19,900 nucleotides of DNA from Fimbriimonadales bacterium. GTDB lineage: Bacteria > Armatimonadota > Fimbriimonadia > Fimbriimonadales > ATM1. A program made the position numbers and the translations under genes. Location of the stretch: the NCBI GenBank assembly GCA_041744215.1, contig JBGTLG010000008.1, positions 1 through 19,900 of the forward strand, in the 5' to 3' direction. Position 1 is the stretch's first letter; every line of letters begins with the position of its first letter. Below the pieces are notes generated by a model that was not told the origin of the DNA, did no database searches, and worked only from the letters and a program-made list of their open reading frames with translations. Positions 6,953 to 15,643 of this stretch are shown piece by piece.

Positions 6953-9900
6953 ACTTCATCGAAACCGCTACCGCTCGTGTCATCGCCCGCGTGCTCGTCC
7001 TGGCGATGCTCAGCATTTCAGTGCCTTCCGCTTTGATAGCGGAAACTGCTGAGACACTCGGAAGAGTGAGCAAGATTAGAGCTGGAGTGACGTCTACCGA
7101 AGCGGTTGAGACACGCCCGCTCCTTGCCGCTGAGATGAGAGAGTTGAGCGGCAAGACGCTCCGCAATCCGTACATCGCGGGGTCACAGAAGTGGGGAATC
7201 AACTACAGCGGCGTCGATCTACTCACGGGCAACTTCTCCTTCTCGGCGACCGACCTCTCTTTCGAGGGAGGATACGGCATTCCGATCGCCGTCACGAGGA
7301 GCTATAGCTCGAACAGCGGAGATGAGGGGCCCTTCGGAAAGGGATGGTCTTTGAGCGCGGACATCCGGACGACGGCGGGTGGCGTCTTGAAATCGGGTGG
7401 AGCGCCAGTCCGGTCGGTGCCTGTTTCGATGATTGAGCGCCCCGTAGTGAGTCCCAACGATCCGAGAGACCCGACCGAATGGGCTGGCTGGTCGGGACAC
7501 ACTGGCGGGGGCCCGATGCAGGGAATTGGCCCGCAAACGATCACCGAAGGCGTAATCGCGACCGACGCGAGTGGATACGAGGAAACGATCCAAAGAGACG
7601 TGGACGGCGTTATGACGACTCCGCCGTGGGACAAGAACCTCACTGAAACGGTTTACGAGAAAAAGGAGCTTCCCGGGGGCGTCTGGCAGATTCCGGTCGA
7701 GATGACAGTGACCACGCCAGAGGGCACGGTCTACGTCTACGAAGCAAAAGGATTTTACGAGAAGCCGGGCAGCGCCAACGGCGAATTCGAAGAGGACACC
7801 GACGGGGTCTACGCCTACGGAGAGTATGACGCGAACCCAGCGCCGGCTCCAACACCCACATACATTCTGAAGATCGCGAGCATCACCGACCGCCATGGGA
7901 ATCAAGTCCTGTTCACCTACGGCGCGGGTTTAGTTTCGTTCTACACCGAAAGAGGATTGGCGCAGGAGAACCCGCTCGTGTCGGTGCTGATGGAAAACGG
8001 AAGAGAGATCGAGTTTGAATGGTACGAGAACCGCATAATCGAAGTCACCGATGGCGACCGAACAGTAGAGTATGGATACAACGGGTACGGCTTCCTTACT
8101 TCCGTCACGACACCAGGAGGCAAAACGACCGAGTACACCTACGGTGAGCCATACGGTGAAGTGCACACGGACAGCGACCTGCTCGTGAAGATCACCGATC
8201 CGCGCGGCTTGGAAACGCACATGTCCTACACCGTCGACGCCACCTTCATCTGGCCTTATGGCGTTTCGCTGGACGGAGTGTATTGCTACAGGATCATCCA
8301 CCCGAACGGCAACCATACCTACTTCGGCGCTGTAGACGTGAGTCTTCCATCTAGCGAAACACCATATTGGGACTCCCCTGCATACGACGTTTTGTGGAGC
8401 GATTGGGACAAGGCTTACGACGAAGGGGGAGCGAAGAAACTCAACGAAGGACAACTTAACGTATCTGCCTCCACGAGCGCACCCTACTTTGAAGTGTTCG
8501 TTCATGACGCAAACGCTAACACCGGAATGAACCCGGTTCACGTCAACGGTCCGCTGTCAGTGTATCGGCTGTTCAATATGTTTACTCAAGACCTCCTGAC
8601 GGAGTCCCGATATATTCATCGGAGCGCCTCGCAAGCCTCGGGAGGTCTTTACGAGGCTAGGAGGCTCGATGGCTGGCACTTCGGCGCTCAAGAAGTGACG
8701 GTGACGTCGACCTACAACTTCCGGGGCAGCCCGCTTAGCCGCGAAGTTCAAGAGGCGGCTTGGAATCCCAGCAGAAGTGTCGTGAGGACGACGGAGACTG
8801 AATACGCCTATTGGGGCGCTAAGAAGTGTTACCAGCAAAAAGCGGTGAAGGACAACGCAGGAAGATTCACCTATACGGACTATTTCGACACAGATGCGGC
8901 ACAAGGGAAAAAGGGACAAGTTTACAAAGTGTTCAACCAACCATTTGCGACGTTTTCGGGAACGAGCGGGGGGGGATGGCGCGCATCTATCGAAGTCGAC
9001 GACGAAGACGAATTCACTGCGACTTTCGACTACGACTCGTTAGGCAGGCCAACCGACGTCTGGAAGCTTCGCGATGATTCTTCGACCTATGACTACGTGC
9101 GCACCCGCACTACCTATCACCAATACTACGGCGGATCGGCGCACGAGGTTTACGAAGACTATCTCGGCGCCGACGAACGGGTCACCTCAACGGACGAATA
9201 TGATTCGGCTGGAAGGCCGCTTGTCGTCACCGACGCGGCAGGCAAAGTATTTGAAACCACCTACAACGCAGACGGGCAGGTGCTCTCAGTTTATAGAACT
9301 GACGTAAACCCCGACAAACTCATCGTCGGATACACCTACGGTTCCGCCGACGAAGAGAACGGAATGCCGATCTCAGTTACGGACGGAATCTATGAGTATT
9401 GGCAAGAGATCACGTATCACAATTCGGGAGGGGGAATCGGCCAAGTGGCGAGCGTTTCAGAAGGCGACGGACAAAGCTCTACCCCTATCTACAGCGCGTC
9501 GTATGCGTACACGGCAAGCGGTGAAAGGGAGGAGGCGACATACGTCACCCCAAACGGAACTACAAGGTGGGGCTATTACGATTACGTCAGGGCCGGGTCT
9601 CCGGATTCTCCGAAACGCGTGTTTCAGACTTTGAACAAACTGGACGGAAGCGGCGATAGGACGGCAGAGGAGTTTCATTATCAGTTCGATACGAGCGGTA
9701 GGTTGAGCCATGCCGCATTCGCCCAATCGCCGACTTTGGGGAGTCCTTCGAGCGGACAGTGGTATACGCAATACGATCCGGCTTCGTCGCGCGCCATCGC
9801 GTCTTATGAATACGGACCCGGAGGGCACGTTTTCAACGTGCAGCACATATGGCAGGTCTGGGACGACGATCCGTGGGTTCTCGCGTACGACACCGAAAAC

Positions 9901-11265
9901 GTGCAGAAGTCGGTATATCAGTACAACGCGACCACAGGCCTCAGAACCCAGGTCGAATACTTTCTGGAGTCCAGCGGCTGGACGCTGGATCACAAGCAAG
10001 CGTACGGCTACGATTCGAACCTCGACTACCTGACTTCGGCGACGTATTCGACCTCCTACACCGGCTCGGAGTCTTGGAGCTACGATGCAGCCGGGAACCG
10101 CACCGGAACCGGATACGCCTACGACAACCTCAACCGAATGGAATCGTCGCCGGGATACGTCTATCAAAATGACGTGCTTGGGAATAGGACATGGAGGAAC
10201 TTCGGGCAGTCCGGCGTGCAGAGGTACGTCTGGGACGAAGTCAATCGCCTAAAGAGCGTGTGTGGAACCTCCGACGGTGCGAGGTATGAGTACCGCGCGG
10301 ATGGGATGCGGATGAAAAAGGTCGCGGATCTGACGATCACCTGGAACCCGGGCGACAACGAGAACGAGGGCTCTGGATTCTATGATGACAACCTGTCCGT
10401 GAATAAGCCGACCACGCGATACTTCTACGACGGGCAAATGCCGATGGAAGAGGATTACAAGGTCCTCGGCGGCTTCGGTTCGCCGACTGTGACGGTGACG
10501 CAGTATGGTCTCGGCGCGAGAGGCATCGACTGGATTCGCAACAAAGTCGGCAGCGATCCGGAGACGATCGTGTTCCCGATTTATGATGGGCATGGGAACA
10601 TGATCTACACGCTCAAACGCGACGGCACCGATGACTATCTGCTCGGCAACAAACGCATCTACGGCGCATGGGGAGACCTAAGACACGACAGCAATCCAGG
10701 CGACGGACCCAACACGCAGTACGTCGGAAATCTCGGACACAAGAAAGACAATGAATCCGGCCTCACCTACATGCGCGCCCGCTACTACGAGCCGTGGACC
10801 GGACGGTTCATAAGCGAAGACCCGGCTGGTGATGGATGGAATTGGTTCGTGTATTGCGGAAATGATCCCTTCAATTTTGTAGACTATGATGGCAACAAGC
10901 GGATCAAACTATCTGATCTCGAGGGCTACAAGATGGCCGCGATGTTACTGGGGTTAAGCATGGGTGCAATTGCAGTACTGATTGCGAGTAATTCGAAGGC
11001 ATCAGATAAAGAAGGACTATGGATGGCTGCTAACTTAGCGTTAACTAGCGTCGCTCTAATCGGATATGGCGGCACGATCGGCAAGTTTGGCGAAGTCCTG
11101 CAATTTAGCAATCTCGCGTTTGGAGCACTCATTACGACATTGATTGTCGGCCTCGCAAGAACAGGCAACATCAGATATGGTCCGATAAATTTATATGTTA
11201 TGTCAATAGCTTTCTATGGCATTGCTGTTCTCGGTTTCGTGTTATGGGGATTGGAGATAAATTGA
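6949..11265 (+). CDS. Rhs/YD-repeat polymorphic toxin with signal peptide, DUF6531-like head and hydrophobic C-terminal domain
   Basis: RBS CAGGAGGA and ATGA overlap with the upstream gene. DUF6531-like VDLLTGNFSFSATDL..TRSYSS..GPFGKGWS; YD repeats (YDSLGRP, YDSAGRP, YDAAGNRT, YDNLNRM); Rhs core end YMRARYYEPWTGRFISEDP..NWFVYCGNDPFNFVDYDG; then a 123-aa C-terminal domain. Confidence 0.95.
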   Translation: MNFIETATARVIARVLVLAMLSISVPSALIAETAETLGRVSKIRAGVTSTEAVETRPLLAAEMRELSGKTLRNPYIAGSQKWGINYSGVDLLTGNFSFSATDLSFEGGYGIPIAVTRSYSSNSGDEGPFGKGWSLSADIRTTAGGVLKSGGAPVRSVPVSMIERPVVSPNDPRDPTEWAGWSGHTGGGPMQGIGPQTITEGVIATDASGYEETIQRDVDGVMTTPPWDKNLTETVYEKKELPGGVWQIPVEMTVTTPEGTVYVYEAKGFYEKPGSANGEFEEDTDGVYAYGEYDANPAPAPTPTYILKIASITDRHGNQVLFTYGAGLVSFYTERGLAQENPLVSVLMENGREIEFEWYENRIIEVTDGDRTVEYGYNGYGFLTSVTTPGGKTTEYTYGEPYGEVHTDSDLLVKITDPRGLETHMSYTVDATFIWPYGVSLDGVYCYRIIHPNGNHTYFGAVDVSLPSSETPYWDSPAYDVLWSDWDKAYDEGGAKKLNEGQLNVSASTSAPYFEVFVHDANANTGMNPVHVNGPLSVYRLFNMFTQDLLTESRYIHRSASQASGGLYEARRLDGWHFGAQEVTVTSTYNFRGSPLSREVQEAAWNPSRSVVRTTETEYAYWGAKKCYQQKAVKDNAGRFTYTDYFDTDAAQGKKGQVYKVFNQPFATFSGTSGGGWRASIEVDDEDEFTATFDYDSLGRPTDVWKLRDDSSTYDYVRTRTTYHQYYGGSAHEVYEDYLGADERVTSTDEYDSAGRPLVVTDAAGKVFETTYNADGQVLSVYRTDVNPDKLIVGYTYGSADEENGMPISVTDGIYEYWQEITYHNSGGGIGQVASVSEGDGQSSTPIYSASYAYTASGEREEATYVTPNGTTRWGYYDYVRAGSPDSPKRVFQTLNKLDGSGDRTAEEFHYQFDTSGRLSHAAFAQSPTLGSPSSGQWYTQYDPASSRAIASYEYGPGGHVFNVQHIWQVWDDDPWVLAYDTENVQKSVYQYNATTGLRTQVEYFLESSGWTLDHKQAYGYDSNLDYLTSATYSTSYTGSESWSYDAAGNRTGTGYAYDNLNRMESSPGYVYQNDVLGNRTWRNFGQSGVQRYVWDEVNRLKSVCGTSDGARYEYRADGMRMKKVADLTITWNPGDNENEGSGFYDDNLSVNKPTTRYFYDGQMPMEEDYKVLGGFGSPTVTVTQYGLGARGIDWIRNKVGSDPETIVFPIYDGHGNMIYTLKRDGTDDYLLGNKRIYGAWGDLRHDSNPGDGPNTQYVGNLGHKKDNESGLTYMRARYYEPWTGRFISEDPAGDGWNWFVYCGNDPFNFVDYDGNKRIKLSDLEGYKMAAMLLGLSMGAIAVLIASNSKASDKEGLWMAANLALTSVALIGYGGTIGKFGEVLQFSNLAFGALITTLIVGLARTGNIRYGPINLYVMSIAFYGIAVLGFVLWGLEIN

Positions 11266-11271
11266 TAGGAA

Positions 11272-11550
11272 ATGATGGCAGAATTACTACACGGAATTGC
11301 GTTACCATTGACCGTTGGCCTTATACTTGTGGCTATGAAATGTTATCGCGAACCTGAGTCTCCAGCGTTGAGGTCTCCATTAGCTATTGCAGTCCCAATC
11401 GCTGTTGCCCTAAACCCGCTGATGATGTGGCTAGCGTCAATGCAATGGATCGACCGAATAACATCGGCAGCAATAGCAGTATGTGGAGTGTTTAGTGTTT
11501 TGTTGTGGCTTCTGATTTCGATACGATGTGCCGCCAAACGGACTGAGTAG
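11272..11550 (+). CDS. Small membrane protein (about 3 TM), putative immunity protein
   Basis: Starts 6 bp after the Rhs stop, has three hydrophobic segments, and shares the lower GC of the Rhs C-terminal region. Confidence 0.7.
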   Translation: MMAELLHGIALPLTVGLILVAMKCYREPESPALRSPLAIAVPIAVALNPLMMWLASMQWIDRITSAAIAVCGVFSVLLWLLISIRCAAKRTE

Positions 11551-11821
11551 TAAAGTGATATATCCCTCCACTGCTTGCCGTGGAGGGTACAGGCCCAGCC
11601 AATCTTCATGTCGGCAGGGTGGCCGGAGCGAAACGATGCAAGAGAATGAAAGAAACTATCGGCAGAAACAATCTTGGGTGCCATGGGTGGTGGGCGAATT
11701 GCAACACGCTCCGTCACGTCACGCCGGCACTTCATACATGAACGGCCTTTCCCACCGCCCGTGAATTCAGACGAATTGCGATCGAGCAAAATCACAACAA
11801 AGTAAACGAATGAGGAAACGG

Positions 11822-12259
11822 ATGAAACAACTGACACTTGCAATCGCAGCCTTCGTGCTGACTTGCGCCGCAACGGCGCAGGGCTTTTTCACCATAGAGA
11901 TTCCCGCCGACGCCACAAACGGCATCAACGAACGCAAAGCGGCCCCAACTTGGATCGGCACGATGGACGGACAAACCCAGGTCGCCGACACCCGCCACGT
12001 TTTCGAGATCACGCTCAAAGTGAAAAGCGGAAGCGGCGGAGGCGATGGCCTTCCATCGGGCGCACAACTCGTCAACCTCGACGAAAGCGGCACCGTCTGC
12101 TGGGTCGGGATCATGGAGAGCGAAGAATTCGACGACGTCGGGGTAGCTTGGGAGATGACCGGAAAAGGCAGGGGCCTCTATCCCATCGAATCCGGAATGA
12201 ATCCTGAGACCGCCTACTTTATCGGATGCAAACTGACAGCCGGCCCCGCAGCGGGTTGA
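11822..12259 (+). CDS. Secreted hypothetical protein
   Basis: GAGG RBS before ATG 11822, signal peptide MKQLTLAIAAFVLTCAATA, beta-rich mature region. The track start is 11810. Confidence 0.75.
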   Translation: MKQLTLAIAAFVLTCAATAQGFFTIEIPADATNGINERKAAPTWIGTMDGQTQVADTRHVFEITLKVKSGSGGGDGLPSGAQLVNLDESGTVCWVGIMESEEFDDVGVAWEMTGKGRGLYPIESGMNPETAYFIGCKLTAGPAAG

Positions 12260-12520
12260 CTTCTGCCCCTCCCGAGGACTTAACCAACGGTGGCCTTGTG
12301 CCCGAGGGAATGCGCCCTAAACACTCGCAACACCGAACCCAACCCAGCCGGTGAACTCGAAAACCCGCGTTAACAATAATAAACGGTGATGAGTTCGATG
12401 AGTCCAGTGAGTCCGAGGAGCCGTTAACAAATCGAGCGCGGACAGGTCAACCAGAAACGATGGAGGGCGAAGTGTTAGGGAATGCGCTCCCTGCCAGCAT
12501 AGCCCCGGAGGCAAACCCGG

Positions 12521-12526
12521 TATACT
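12521..12526 (+). promoter_or_regulatory. Putative -10 element (TATACT) of purA
   Basis: TATACT ends 13 nt before the purA ATG. No recognisable -35 element or Shine-Dalgarno sequence. Confidence 0.45.
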
Positions 12527-12539
12527 CGCTCGTCCCGCC

Positions 12540-13829
12540 ATGCCTACGCTCATTATCGTCGGCGCGCTTTGGGGAGACGAGGCCAAGGGAAAACTCGTCG
12601 ACGTCTTTGGAGCAAGCGCCAAGTATAACGTCCGCTACAGCGGGGGCAACAACGCAGGCCACACAGTCAAAGTCGGCGCCGAAACTTTCAAGTTTCACCT
12701 GATCCCTTCGGGCATTCTCCACGAATCGTGCACCGCCGTACTCGGCGCAGGCATGGTCGTCTGCCCCGCCGCCCTCGTCGGCGAATTGAGAACGTTTCGT
12801 GAAAAGTCCGGTCGCAATGGAAGGCTTCTCATCTCCGGCGCAGCGCACGTCGTGTTTCCTTACCATCGTTCGCAAGACGCCGCAGAAGAAGAGATGCGCG
12901 GCGACAATCCGCTAGGGACCACCAAACGCGGCATCGGCCCTGCATACCAAGACAAGGTATCGCGCGTCGGAATCCGAATGTGGGAATTCATCAATCCCAC
13001 AAGATTGAAAGATCGGGTCGAAGAGGTTGTGTCTTTGAAGAATCGAACGCTCAAAGCGTTCGGCGAAAAACCGATAAAAGCGGAAGAGATCCTGGGCGAG
13101 TACTGTGACTATGCAGACGAAATCCGCCCCTTCGTCGGCGAAGCTGAACTCATTGTCAACGAGGCAATCCGTCGCGGCGAAAAAGTCTTGTTCGAAGGCG
13201 CGCAAGGAACGCTGCTCGATATCGATATGGGTACTTATCCATACGTCACCGGCAGCCACCCAACCGCCGGGGGCGCATGCGTTGGAACCGGGCTGCCGCC
13301 TACGATGGTGAACAACGTGCTGGGTGTCTGCGCCGCATACGCAACGCGCGTTGGCGCGGGTCCATTTCCAACCGAACTCGACAACGAAATCGGCGAAAGA
13401 ATCAGAGTTCAAGGAAACGAATTTGGAACGACGACGGGGCGCGCAAGACGGACGGGATGGCTCGATCTCGTCGCTCTCCGACATGCGTCGCGCATCAACG
13501 GTTTTACATCGCTCGCGATCACTCGCCTCGACGTCCTGAGCGGATTCGAACAGCTCGGGCTCTGCACCGGCTACGAAATCCGCGGCCAGCAAACCGATGC
13601 GTTCCCTTCCGATACCGAAAGACTAAGCGCAGCGATTCCTCTAATGGAGATGTTGCCAGGCTGGAATGAGAATCTTTCCAAATGCACCTCAATAGAGGCT
13701 CTTCCAGCTGAAGCCCAACGTTTCGTTGAGCGCATTGAGATGTTCACCGAAACGCCAGTCTCCGTAGTTTCTGTTGGACCCGAGCGGACCGAAACGATGG
13801 TGATTCGCCCAGACTTGATCTGGAACTAG
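12540..13829 (+). CDS. purA: Adenylosuccinate synthetase
   Basis: Motifs WGDEAKGK, GGNNAGHT, GTTKRGIGPAYQDK, EGAQG, TRVGAGPFPTE, EFGTTTGRARRTGWLD and SVGP; 429 aa. Confidence 0.99.
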   Translation: MPTLIIVGALWGDEAKGKLVDVFGASAKYNVRYSGGNNAGHTVKVGAETFKFHLIPSGILHESCTAVLGAGMVVCPAALVGELRTFREKSGRNGRLLISGAAHVVFPYHRSQDAAEEEMRGDNPLGTTKRGIGPAYQDKVSRVGIRMWEFINPTRLKDRVEEVVSLKNRTLKAFGEKPIKAEEILGEYCDYADEIRPFVGEAELIVNEAIRRGEKVLFEGAQGTLLDIDMGTYPYVTGSHPTAGGACVGTGLPPTMVNNVLGVCAAYATRVGAGPFPTELDNEIGERIRVQGNEFGTTTGRARRTGWLDLVALRHASRINGFTSLAITRLDVLSGFEQLGLCTGYEIRGQQTDAFPSDTERLSAAIPLMEMLPGWNENLSKCTSIEALPAEAQRFVERIEMFTETPVSVVSVGPERTETMVIRPDLIWN

Positions 13830-15472
13830 GCCACCCGGATCTTCTTCCCGGGTTTCATCTCCGGATACACCCTCGTAAGGGCACCCTTTGCAAACAGTTC
13901 GCGCAGAACCGCCACGACCTTCGGATCATAGTGCGTACCGGACTCTAACTCGAGCTGCTCAAAAACCGCAAGAGGCGACAACGTTTCGCGGTACGGTCGC
14001 CTTGAGTTCATTGCGTCCCAAGCATCCGCAACCGCAAGAATTCTTAACGAAGTCGACATCGATTCTGCTGTAAGCGCGTCAGGATATCCGCTCCCATCCA
14101 GCCATTCGTGATGGTTTCGGATCAAAGACAGAACGGAATCATTCAACCCAAGCGGCTTACAGATTCCGTATCCCACAAGAGGATGAGATTTCATGACAAT
14201 GAATTCCTCCTGGGATAATCTGCCGGGCTTGTTCAAGACCTCGTCGGGTACGCCGATTTTCCCCACATCATGGAGCAGCGCGCCAACGCGCAATTCTTCG
14301 ACCTCCAGCGCGGATAGAGATAAAGCATTAGCTATCAGCATGGACACGCTGCACACCCGCTCCGAGTGTCCGCGCGTGTACTCATCTCTCGCTTCAAGCG
14401 TGCGCACCAACGCCTCAAGAGACCGAACGTAAGCCGTACGCAATTTGGACTCCATCCTCGAGTTTAAGATGGACACGGATATCAGCGATGAAAACGTTTT
14501 GAGGAGATCGATGTCCGCAGCGTCGAAAGGCTCGCCGCGATTCGGCTCAATCACAGTCAACGTCCCGTAAAGCGGTTCACCGGATGCAATTCCTCCGTCG
14601 GGTGACACTCGCGCTGCGAGAGGAACGCTAGCTATGGCGTGCTCGCCAACTCCGTAGGACTGCCCGTCGACACGTGATTCGACACGGTTCACGATTTGAC
14701 CGCTTCTGGCGGCAAGGACTGATGCGCCTGACGCGATCTCGGTCCCATCGAGCAGTTTGACTTGAGAGAAGCCCGTCGAGAACGCAACGCGCAATGCGCC
14801 GCGTTCGTCCCCCACGAGGACGTAGCCACATACCGCTCCTGATTCGCGCACTGCGGCGGACAATAACTTCGGAAGAATTGCGGTGTGATCTTCAGTCGAA
14901 GACATCCCGGCGCCACACGAGAGCAGCGCAGAGAGGCGTCTTTCTCTCGCAGCTTGCGCCTCTTCTTCGACGTGAAACTTCGCTAACCCGATTGCCACGA
15001 TCGCAGACGTGAAGACTGTTATAAAGGCTAGAACTGCGTACGTTGTTCCGCCGCCCAAGAGTAGCTCGCCGGCAACGCCGGTCGAGCCGATCAGCGCGGC
15101 AAAAACCATCACGCGGATCGTGCTGCGCGACGCGATCGCCTCTGTGAGAATCAGCGCGGACCCGAGCACCCAGCAAAACGGGATGAGGTGGGTCAGGGAC
15201 AAGCTTGCTGCGGCAACCGCGAGGACCTCAAGAGTTCTCACCGCATGGAGAAACCGCTGGTAGGTCGCCTTGTCCGGCCAAGTCAGCCGTCCGAGCAGGA
15301 TCGAACCCACGGCAACGGACAGTACCACGACGTACGCCAGCCAGATGTAGATTGAAGCTTTGCTTAGCAGGAGAAGGCCGCCCGCGGCAACGAGAACCGC
15401 CAGCCGGGCTGCCGCTGTTAATCTTTCGATCCGCCTCCGAAAGTCCGCTCGGGTACTCAAACGCGCTAACAC
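13826..15472 (-). CDS. Membrane-bound GAF + HD-GYP cyclic dinucleotide phosphodiesterase
   Basis: About 5-6 N-terminal TM segments and a GAF-like middle (IASVPL..YGTLTV..FDAADIDLL). HD-GYP motifs RDEYTRGHSERV, LLHDVGKIG, HHEWLDGSGYP and VADAWDAMNSRRPYR. Convergent 4-bp CTAG overlap with purA. Confidence 0.93.
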   Translation of the reverse strand: MLARLSTRADFRRRIERLTAAARLAVLVAAGGLLLLSKASIYIWLAYVVVLSVAVGSILLGRLTWPDKATYQRFLHAVRTLEVLAVAAASLSLTHLIPFCWVLGSALILTEAIASRSTIRVMVFAALIGSTGVAGELLLGGGTTYAVLAFITVFTSAIVAIGLAKFHVEEEAQAARERRLSALLSCGAGMSSTEDHTAILPKLLSAAVRESGAVCGYVLVGDERGALRVAFSTGFSQVKLLDGTEIASGASVLAARSGQIVNRVESRVDGQSYGVGEHAIASVPLAARVSPDGGIASGEPLYGTLTVIEPNRGEPFDAADIDLLKTFSSLISVSILNSRMESKLRTAYVRSLEALVRTLEARDEYTRGHSERVCSVSMLIANALSLSALEVEELRVGALLHDVGKIGVPDEVLNKPGRLSQEEFIVMKSHPLVGYGICKPLGLNDSVLSLIRNHHEWLDGSGYPDALTAESMSTSLRILAVADAWDAMNSRRPYRETLSPLAVFEQLELESGTHYDPKVVAVLRELFAKGALTRVYPEMKPGKKIRVA

Positions 15473-15557
15473 CTTGCCCCCATAGGGGCGACTGCACTCG
15501 AACTCTCAAGTGTCCTGTCAGAATTGTCGGTCGGATACGCAATTCCTACAGGGCCGT

Positions 15558-15632
15558 TGGAGCGGGCGACGGGGGTCGAACCCGCGACCCTCTGCTTGGG
15601 AAGCAGATGCTCTACCACTGAGCTACACCCGC
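15558..15632 (-). tRNA. tRNA-Gly (anticodon CCC)
   Basis: Minus strand reads GCGGGTG TA GCTC AGTGGTA GAGC A TCTGC TTCCCAA GCAGA GGGTC GCGGG TTCGACC CCCGT CGCCCGC T CCA, a complete 75-nt cloverleaf with encoded CCA. Confidence 0.98.
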
Positions 15633-15643
15633 TCGAGCCGGTT

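Noticed and set aside
11551-11810. Orphan Rhs C-terminal cassette or small ORF after the immunity gene
   Set aside because: No Rhs core remnant (RYYDP/DPxG) and no convincing ORF with an RBS.
12385-12425. Hammerhead ribozyme-like GATGAGTCC..GTGAG sequence
   Set aside because: No CUGAUGA core, no complementary GGAC for stem II and no GAAA.
12540-13829. purA substitutions (GDEAKGK, VCAAY, TRLDVL) as signs of altered function
   Set aside because: The catalytic Asp/His and the substrate- and GTP-binding loops are retained, so the changes look like ordinary lineage variation.
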